NCBI GenBank assembly: GCA_016709875.1
Contig: JADJLZ010000009.1
Coordinates: 218,824-282,823 of the forward strand
DNA: 64,000 nucleotides
From: Planctomycetota bacterium
GTDB taxonomy: Bacteria > Planctomycetota > UBA1135 > GCA-002686595
Reading direction: 5' to 3'
The position numbers and the translations under genes were made by a program. Positions within the stretch are counted from its first letter, which is position 1. Each line of letters begins with the position of its first letter. Positions 1-8,605 of this stretch are shown here, piece by piece. The notes under the pieces are model-generated. The model worked only from the letters and a program-made list of their open reading frames with translations. It searched no databases and was not told the DNA's origin.

Positions 1-709
1 GGTAGGCGACTGCGCGCGCGGTCATCTTCGGGTCGACGGGCCAGCCGAGCTTCGCCGCGTCCACCAGCGCCGGCACCACGCTCGCGGTCGCGAAGCTCGT
101 CGACCAGGTCGGACGGCGCGAGATGACAGGGCCCTCGTAGTAGCCCCAACCGCCGAGCGGGTCCTGCGATTTCGCGAGGTACTCATTCCACTCCAGCGCG
201 CGCGCCTTGAGCTTCGTCTGCCACTCCGCGGACTGGAAGCGCGGGTCGCAGGCCGCCTGCAGCATGCAGTTGAAGCCCATCAGCGCGGGCCAGGTGCTGT
301 CGATGTCCCAGTCGCTGCCGCGCTTGGGGATCGGCTTCGAGACCACCCACTCGAGCGCGTTCTCGAGCGCGGCGCGGCGCTCGGGCGTCTCGTCGGCGAC
401 CATCAGCGCCTGGCAGCAGAGCGCGTCGCCGGCCATCTGCCAGGCGTAGAAGCTGGCCTTGGAATAGTTCTGCTCCCAGAGCGAGACGGGCTTGTCGCTG
501 CCCCACGAGCCGTCGGGGTTCTGCTTGGCGAGCATCCACGCCACGGCGCGTTTCTCGACCGTGCGCGCCTCGTCGGCGGAGAGCGGCGCCTGCGGACGCG
601 CCATCGCCGGCGCGTGCTGTCCCGCCTGCGCGGGCGCCTGGGCTGCCGGCGCCGGCGCGGCCGCGGGCGCCTGCGCCAGCGCGCAAACGAGCAGCGACGC
701 GAAGTTCAC
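1..709 (-). CDS. Secreted prenyltransferase/squalene-oxidase-repeat (terpenoid-cyclase fold) protein, N-terminal part; gene continues past the window start
   Basis: Minus-strand frame opens with GTG at 707-709 (VNFASLLVCALAQAPAAAPA..., signal-peptide-like) and stays open to position 1. Motifs QNPDGSWG and WQMAGDALCCQAL resemble PT/SQ-cyclase repeats. The GTG overlaps the upstream gene's TGA (GTGA). Confidence 0.55.
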   Translation of the reverse strand, partial: MNFASLLVCALAQAPAAAPAPAAQAPAQAGQHAPAMARPQAPLSADEARTVEKRAVAWMLAKQNPDGSWGSDKPVSLWEQNYSKASFYAWQMAGDALCCQALMVADETPERRAALENALEWVVSKPIPKRGSDWDIDSTWPALMGFNCMLQAACDPRFQSAEWQTKLKARALEWNEYLAKSQDPLGGWGYYEGPVISRRPTWSTSFATASVVPALVDAAKLGWPVDPKMTARAVAY

Positions 710-1548
710 TTCTTCGTCTCCGGCTTGGGAGCTTCCTTCATCGGGGCGTCGCTGGCCTTGTCGGAGGCCTTTTTCTCGGCCGGCATCTTCTGCTTCGCCT
801 TGGCCTCCTTGAGCGCCTCCTCGAGCTTCTTGACCTCGGCCTCGAGCTCGTCGAGCTCGTGCTCGGTCTTCTTGTTCTTGAGCTCGGTCTCCTGCTTGTT
901 GCGCTCCTGCTTGGCCTTGGCTTCGCGGTAGTCGCGCTCGGCGCGCTCGAGCTTGTGAGCCAGGCCGGCTTCCTTCTGGACGAGATCGAAGTCACGCTTG
1001 TTGGTGAACTCCTTCTGCGCCAGCTCGAGCCCGCGCGCGGCGAAGTCGACCATCGACTGGTGGCGCTGCACGACGAACTCCTTCGTGAGGTCGGCGAAGT
1101 CCTCGCTCTTGTAGAGCGCCTTGAGCTCGTCCAGCTCCTGGGTCTGCTCCTTCAGGCGCTGCTGCGCGCGGTCGATGTCGAGCTGTCCGTCGGCGAGCGC
1201 CGCGGGCAGCTGCACCGCCTTGAAGTTCTCGAACTCCTTCTGCGACAGCGCGCGGTCGAACTCCGCGTCTTCGACGTCGCTCTTCACGTCGCGCGCGGAG
1301 GCCTCGGTCGAGAGGCGCTCGATGCGCGCCTCCAGGCGTGCGCACTCGAGCTCGAACTTCTTCTTGTCGAGCGCCTTCGTCTGTGACTCGATGCCGGCGC
1401 CGGCATCCGTCTCGGGCGCGTCCGCGACCGGATGCGCGTTCGGGGCGGAGGGGCCGGCGGTCGAGCCCGAGCCCTGCGTGCTGGCGCACGCGGCGAGCAG
1501 GGAGAGAGCAGCGAGGGCAGGGGGCAGGAGGTGTGCGCGGACGTTCAT
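706..1548 (-). CDS. Coiled-coil lipoprotein (hypothetical)
   Basis: ATG at 1546-1548 gives MNVRAHLLPPALAALSLLAAC with lipobox LLAAC. The rest is E/K/L-rich heptad-like sequence. The ORF-track frame extends further 5' but has no signal peptide. Confidence 0.55.
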   Translation of the reverse strand: MNVRAHLLPPALAALSLLAACASTQGSGSTAGPSAPNAHPVADAPETDAGAGIESQTKALDKKKFELECARLEARIERLSTEASARDVKSDVEDAEFDRALSQKEFENFKAVQLPAALADGQLDIDRAQQRLKEQTQELDELKALYKSEDFADLTKEFVVQRHQSMVDFAARGLELAQKEFTNKRDFDLVQKEAGLAHKLERAERDYREAKAKQERNKQETELKNKKTEHELDELEAEVKKLEEALKEAKAKQKMPAEKKASDKASDAPMKEAPKPETKK

Positions 1549-1687
1549 GTTCGGCTCCGGAACTCGTGGGTACGGGCCGATCATGATGAAGTGCCGCGCG
1601 CCGCAGGAAGGACGGAGCCCGGACTCGACGCGCAAAGCCCGTGTTGCGATACTGCGCTGCTCCCCTCCGAACGAAGGAACCTCCCCC

Positions 1688-3319
<1,632 letters not shown>

Positions 3320-3324
3320 CCCGC

Positions 3325-3600
3325 ATGAACTGGTCTGCCTTCCTCACCATCTTTTCCTCCGTCTTCGTTGCCGAGCTCGGCGACAAGACGCAGCTCTCGA
3401 CGCTGCTCTTCGCCGCTGACGCGCGCCACTCGCGCTGGACGGTCTTCGCCGCCGCCTCCCTCGCGCTCGTCAGCACATCCGCCCTCGGCGTCCTCGCAGG
3501 CTCGTTGCTCGGCAAGTCCCTCTCACCCATGCTGCTGCGCTACCTCGCAGGCATCGGTTTCATCGCGATCGGGATCTACACGCTGCTGCGGCGCGACTAG
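3325..3600 (+). CDS. UPF0016/GDT1 (TMEM165)-family membrane protein, single-repeat form
   Basis: MNWSAFLTIFSSVFVAELGDKTQLSTLLFAA... with the E-x-G-D-K-T signature. Hydrophobic, 91 aa. Starts 6 nt after the pruA stop. Confidence 0.7.
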   Translation: MNWSAFLTIFSSVFVAELGDKTQLSTLLFAADARHSRWTVFAAASLALVSTSALGVLAGSLLGKSLSPMLLRYLAGIGFIAIGIYTLLRRD

Positions 3601-3665
3601 CCCGCAACCCGCGGCGAGCGCCGCGGACACCCGGGGTGTCCACGGCGCTCACCTCCACGGAACCG

Positions 3666-5033
3666 TCAGTGAGCCTCGATGGCTCCCATGTCCAGGTACG
3701 TGCAGAAGCTGCACGCCGAGGAACCCACACCGGAATCGCCGACCGCGGTCTGATCGAAGAGCCTCTTTGATCCGACGGCATCCTCAGGGAGCGCTTCGGT
3801 TGTATCACCGTCACCATCGACGTCCAGGCTGTCGGTGGGCAGCAGACCGTAGTTGGCAGCATCGACGCAGAGTGAGGTGATCTTGAGCCTCAGGTTCCCG
3901 AGGCCGTGGTTGGAGAAGACGGGATCGAGGGTGATGTTCAACCCCGGGTATCCGCCCCCTTCGATGTCGGTGTAGTCCACCGTCACCGCACCCGCACCGC
4001 CGATCGGCGCCCCCAGTGCGAAGTTGTTGAAGTACAGAATCGAGTTGTACACCTCCGCCTGGCACGAGGTTCCGACGTACAAGGCCTGGCCGTCCGCGCT
4101 CGCGTTCCCCCGGTTGTCGGCCAGCGTGCAGTTCACGATCCGAGAGCTGGCGCCGGAGCTGGATGCGCCGACTTCCAGCGCGATCGCGCCTCCGGTGGAG
4201 GCGATCGAGGTGAAGTTGTTCCAGAAGACGCAGCTCGTGAAGTCGAGCCGGTCGCCCGAGTTGAATCCCGTGAGAAATACCGCGCCTCCGTCACCGGTGG
4301 ACACGCTTGCCTTGAAGCTCGAATCGACGACCTCACCGTGAGCGAACTCCGCGTAGATCGCGCCGCCCAAGTAGGCCTTGTTGTCGTTGAACTCGCAGTT
4401 CTTGATCTGCAGGAGTCCAGCAGCCGCGCTCATGCCCTTCGCGGCGTAGATCCCCCCACCGAGGTTCGTCAGAGCGACGGCCGCGTAGTTCGACGTCAAG
4501 AAGCAGTTCGCAAGTCCCACATCGCTGCCGATGGCCTGGATCCCGGCCCCGGAGACGTTCGCTCCGGTCGCGTAGCCGTTGCTGATCGCGAGGCCGTCGA
4601 TCACGACGCCGGGAGAGCCACCCGTGCCCACGACGTTCTGGATGTCGAGGACGTGCAGCGCGTTGTCGGTGTAGATGGCCAGGTTCCCGATGTTTCCATC
4701 GAGGATCGTGTTCGCGAACGAGCCCAGGCGCCCCTGAAGGGTGAGCTCCGTCCCCTTGAACCCGCCGTAGAACGAGAGAGGCCTGTTCACCACGAAGCCG
4801 GCGTTGGTGGCCGGCCGGTACGTGCCCTCGGCGATCCAACACGAATCCCCTGGCGCTGCTGCCGCCAGGGCGACGTTGAGGTCGTTGTAAGCCAACGCCC
4901 AGGTTGTGCCATTGCCGCCTGCTGCTGCGGCGACGTTCACATGGATCACCGCCGCCAGCGCGGGCGTGATCGTGAAGCAGACGAGGGATGCAGCGAGGGC
5001 GAGCGAGCGCCGAGCCACGAAGCGAGCGATCAT
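3666..5033 (-). CDS. Secreted right-handed beta-helix protein ('choice-of-anchor Q'-like C-terminal region), copy 1
   Basis: Signal peptide MIARFVARRSLALAASLVCFTITPALA. Repetitive G/N/A-rich beta-helix turns, NSILYFN, DYTDIEGG, and a C-terminal D-x-D-G-D ... GAIE motif. GGAGGA RBS 5 nt upstream of the ATG. Confidence 0.7.
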   Translation of the reverse strand: MIARFVARRSLALAASLVCFTITPALAAVIHVNVAAAAGGNGTTWALAYNDLNVALAAAAPGDSCWIAEGTYRPATNAGFVVNRPLSFYGGFKGTELTLQGRLGSFANTILDGNIGNLAIYTDNALHVLDIQNVVGTGGSPGVVIDGLAISNGYATGANVSGAGIQAIGSDVGLANCFLTSNYAAVALTNLGGGIYAAKGMSAAAGLLQIKNCEFNDNKAYLGGAIYAEFAHGEVVDSSFKASVSTGDGGAVFLTGFNSGDRLDFTSCVFWNNFTSIASTGGAIALEVGASSSGASSRIVNCTLADNRGNASADGQALYVGTSCQAEVYNSILYFNNFALGAPIGGAGAVTVDYTDIEGGGYPGLNITLDPVFSNHGLGNLRLKITSLCVDAANYGLLPTDSLDVDGDGDTTEALPEDAVGSKRLFDQTAVGDSGVGSSACSFCTYLDMGAIEAH

Positions 5034-5192
5034 GGGTTCCTCCGGAAGATCAGTGGTCGGCGGGATGCATCCGAGCCCGGGGGTCGGGAAGGGACCCCCG
5101 CCGAGAAATCGAAGCGTGACGGTTGCCTCCCCCCCCCCCTGTCAAGCGTATGCTCCAAGAAATCGCTGAGATTCCCACAGCGCGGAGGCACC

Positions 5193-7059
5193 ATGAAGTT
5201 CTCGATCCAGGCTCTCGCAGGTTCCCGCTCGAACGCCGCCCCACGGCGATCCCCAGTCGACACGAAGCGACTCATGCTCGCGTTCGGAGTGGCCGTGCTC
5301 GCGGCGACATCCTCTGCCCAATTGACCGAGCGCGTGAGCGTGACCTCGACCGGCGCACAGGCTTGGGGTGGCGGCGAAATCCCCACGCCCCCTGCGAATG
5401 CAGTGTCGGCCGATGGCCGCTTCGTGGCTTTCATGTCGGTGTCGCCGGACATCGTTTCCGGGGACACGAACAACAAGTGGGATGTCTTCGTGCGCGACCG
5501 GCTCAACAGGACGACCGAGCGCGTGAGCGTGAGCTCGAGTGGCGGCCAGGCGAACGCACACTCGGGCATCTGGGGCCTGGCAATGAGCCGCGACGCGCGT
5601 TTCGTGGTATTCCAGACCGACTCGACCAACCTCGTCACCGGAGGCACGAATGGGGCGTGGCACATCATTCTCCGCGATCGCCTCAACGGGACCACCGAGC
5701 TCGTCAGCGTCGATTCGAACGGAGTGCAGGGAAACGGTGGTTAGCTTCCATCCCGTCGTCACGGACGACGGGCGTTACGTAGCCTTCTCCAGCCTTGCGT
5801 CGAACCTCGTGCCTGGGGACACGAACAACACCGCAGATGTCTTCGTGCACGACCGGGTCACGGGTGCGACGGAGCGCATCAGCGTTTCGAGCGGTGGCAG
5901 CCAAAGCAACGGAACCAGTGAGTTTGCAAGCATCACTCCAGACGGTCGATTCGTTTCGTTCGATAGCACCGCCACGAGCCTTGTGCCCAGCGACACCAAT
6001 GCGCACTACGACGTCTTCCTACGCGACCGACTCACGGGCACGACAGAGATCGTGAGCCTTGGTTCGAATGGCGCGCAGGGGAACGGCGACTCGTGGGAAT
6101 CCACGTTGTCGACAGACGCCCGCTTCATCGCCTTCTCGAGCAGGGCCACAAATCTGCTGCAAGGAGACTCGAACGGCACCTTGGATGGCTTCGTTCGCGA
6201 CCGGCTGAGCGGAACAACCGAGTGCACGAATGTCTCCACCGCGGGAGTCCAGGGAGACCACGGCGCCACGTACTCCGTGATTTCGCCGGACGGCCGATAC
6301 GTTGCTTTCCGGAGCGATTCGAGCAATCTTGCCCTTCCCGCTCCTTCTGAGGGCATCTGCATCCGCGACCGTCAGCTCGGCACGACCGAGTATGCCAGCT
6401 ACTGCTACGACGGCTCGATCCCCAACGGAGAGACCGATCCGCCCTCGATCTCTCCCGACGCACGCTTTGTCGTTTTCCGCAGCTCCGGGACGAACCTCGT
6501 CCCCAACGACACGAACGCGAACACCGACGTCTTCCTCTACGACCGCTACGCAAGCTCGTTCACCAGCATCTGCGATCCGCTCGACGCCGCGGTGCTCGAC
6601 TGCCCCTGCAACAACCCGCCCGCCTCTCCCGGCCGCGGTTGCGACAACTCCTCCGCCACCGGCGGCGCCATGCTCGCCGCGAGCGGCGTCGCATCCCTCT
6701 CCGCGGACACGCTCGCCTTCAGCACCACCGGCGAGAAGCCCAACGCGACCAGCATCCTGCTCGAAGGCGACAGCGTCCTCGCCACGGGCGCCCCGTTCGG
6801 CCAAGGCGTGCGCTGCGTCGGCGGAACTCTCCGCCGCCTCTACACCAAGACCGCCCACAACGGAGCGGTCCTCGTACCGGACCTCGCCGCCTCCGATCCG
6901 ACGGTCTCCGCGCGCTGTGCGCAGCTCGGGGTCGCGATCACCCTCGGGGAGACGCGTGTCTTCCTCGTCTACTATCGCGACCCGCTCGTGCTCGGAGGCT
7001 GCGCCGCCACCAGCACCTACAACGCGACCCAGAGCGGTGCGGTTCTGTACGCGCCGTAG
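5193..7059 (+). CDS. PD40/TolB-like beta-propeller repeat protein with Cys-rich C-terminal domain; reading frame interrupted by an apparent +1 frameshift near 5736-5744
   Basis: Repeats of the form S..G.Q.NG.S..PSIS.DGRFVAF.S.ASNLV.GDTN...DVF.RDR run 5270-5744 in one frame and continue at 5746 in the next (...VQGNGG* / VSFHPVVTDDGRYVAF). GGAGG RBS sits before ATG 5193. An alternative start at ATG 5274 gives the MLAFGVAVLAATSSAQ signal peptide. Confidence 0.6.
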
Positions 7060-7285
7060 CACTCGAACGTTCGAGCCCCGCGCAGCCCGCTCGGGTTCCG
7101 TTCTCCCGTCGATGGAGGCCGAGCGAATGGCTCGCACACCCCTTCGAAACTTCACTTCCCCGGCGGCTGGCGCGGGGCTTTTCCGACGTCCTCCCTGCGC
7201 ACTTCGGCTGCTCCAGCGCCCGCCCCTGCGCCCCTGCGCCCCTGCGCTCCCCGCCTCCCCTCGCCCTCCCACCCAACACTCCGCG

Positions 7286-7321
7286 CGCAAAATCGCCGCG
7301 CGGCTGTGCCGCGCGGCGATG
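7286..7321 (-). terminator. Putative rho-independent terminator after the tlpA-like gene
   Basis: Perfect 10-bp inverted repeat CGCCGCGCGG-ctgtg-CCGCGCGGCG (7297-7321), followed on the minus strand by AUUUUG. Confidence 0.45.
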
Positions 7322-7376
7322 AGCGTGCGGAGTCGCGGGGCGGCTGCGCCGCCCCGCCCTCACTTCCTTCCGCGCC

Positions 7377-8564
7377 TCACTTCTTCGGCTTGGGCTTGGG
7401 CTTCTCGCCCGCCTTGCCCTTCTCCGGCTTCTCGCCGCTCTTCGGCTTTTCCGCCGGCGCCGCCTTCGCCTCGGCGATCAACTGATCGACAGCCTTGTCC
7501 ATCTCTTCGCCGCGGACGTTCTTGAACCGGATCACGCCCTTCGCGTCGAGCACGTAGATCGTCGGCCAGCTCGAGACGCCCCACTTGGTCGGCAGCGGAC
7601 CAGCGGTGCTGCCTTCGATCGCCTGCCGCCAGGTGATCTGCTCCTTCTCCAGGATTCCCTTCACCTTCGCGGCATCGCCATCGCTGTTGATGCCCAGCAG
7701 CGCGAAAGGTTCGTTCTTCAAGCGCTCAACGAGCGCGCGTTCGTGCGGGATCATCGCACGACAAGGGGGTCACCACTCGCCCCAGAAGTCGATCACCACC
7801 ACTTTCCCGCGGTAGTCCTCGAGCTTCCACTTCGCGCCGTTCTCGTCGACGGCCTCGAATCCGGGCGCGGTCTTCCCGATGCTCAGATTGTCCGCGACGA
7901 ACAACCATCCATCGGCCATCCCGCCGTAGGTCTCCTCGCCCCACGGCAGCTTCAGCGTGCCGTAGTCCTTTTTCATCTTCTCGTAGAGCGCGTGCAGCTC
8001 TTCGGCATCCTCGCCCTTCTCGCCGCCGACCTTCTGCACCTCCATGAACAACAACGCAGCCGCGACCGGCTTGGTCTTGTTCTTGGCCTTCAACTCTTCG
8101 AGCGCCTTCGGCCCTTCCTTCTTGCCGAGCAGCTGACCCGCGGCGAACACCAGCAGATCCGCCTCCGGCGAATCCAGGTGCTCGGCCACCATCACCTTCG
8201 CCGCCTCTTTCGCGGCGTCCATGTCGCCCGCGTTGCCCGCGAGCAGCATGACCTGCTTCAGCGCCTTGGCCGCGGTCTCGCTGCCCTTGGCCTCCTCGGC
8301 GAGCGCCTGGTACTTGGGCAAGAACAGCTTGTCCGGGCTCTCCTCGCCGAGCTTCTCGCGCTCGTCGTCGTCCTTCGCGGACTTCATCTTCTCCTCGAAG
8401 CTCTTGCGCGCGAGCGCGAGCTCCTTGTCCAGCCCGGCAAGCTTCGTCGCTTGCGCGTCCGGACTGCCCTGCTTCGTCGGCGCCTGCAGCGTCGCGTGCA
8501 CGGGCAGCGCCCACGCACCCAGCGACGCTCCCAGCGCCATCAACCAGACAGCACTCCTCTTCAT
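7377..8564 (-). CDS. Periplasmic TlpA/ResA-like thiol:disulfide oxidoreductase (thioredoxin fold) with in-frame TGA at 7770-7772 in the redox motif (W-U-P-P-C); candidate selenoprotein
   Basis: ORFs 7770..9440(-) and 7377..7754(-) are in the same frame, separated only by TGA. The context ...VVVIDFWGEW[TGA]PPCRAMIPHERALVERLKNEPFALLGINSD... matches the TlpA-family pattern FW-x-x-W-C-x-P-C...LG(V/I)..D, with TGA at the first Cys position. Start ATG 8562-8564 (MKRSAVWLMALGASLGAWALPVHA signal peptide) has an AGGAGG RBS. Confidence 0.7.
7715..7765 (-). promoter_or_regulatory. Candidate bacterial SECIS stem-loop(s) immediately 3' of the UGA
   Basis: mRNA after the UGA reads cccccuuGUCGUGCGaugauccCGCACGAaCgcGCGCUCguuGAGCGCuug. 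Hairpin 1 is an 8-bp stem with a 1-nt bulge and loop AUGAUCC, starting 9 nt after the UGA. Hairpin 2 is a 6-bp perfect stem with apical loop GUU, about 30-48 nt after the UGA. Confidence 0.3.
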
Positions 8565-8605
8565 GGAAACCTCCTCCTCGGGACCATTCCCGATCTGCTT
8601 CGATC

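Noticed and set aside
7218-7268. gcccctgc x3 and C/G-rich low-complexity tract between the convergent genes
   Set aside because: Short, imperfect, and in a terminator-rich intergenic region. Probably compositional rather than a functional repeat.
7770-7772. Alternative reading of the TGA as a simple nonsense mutation (pseudogene)
   Set aside because: Not excluded. The selenocysteine interpretation is preferred because the TGA sits precisely on the catalytic Cys codon and hairpins follow it. It needs genome-wide confirmation of Sec machinery.
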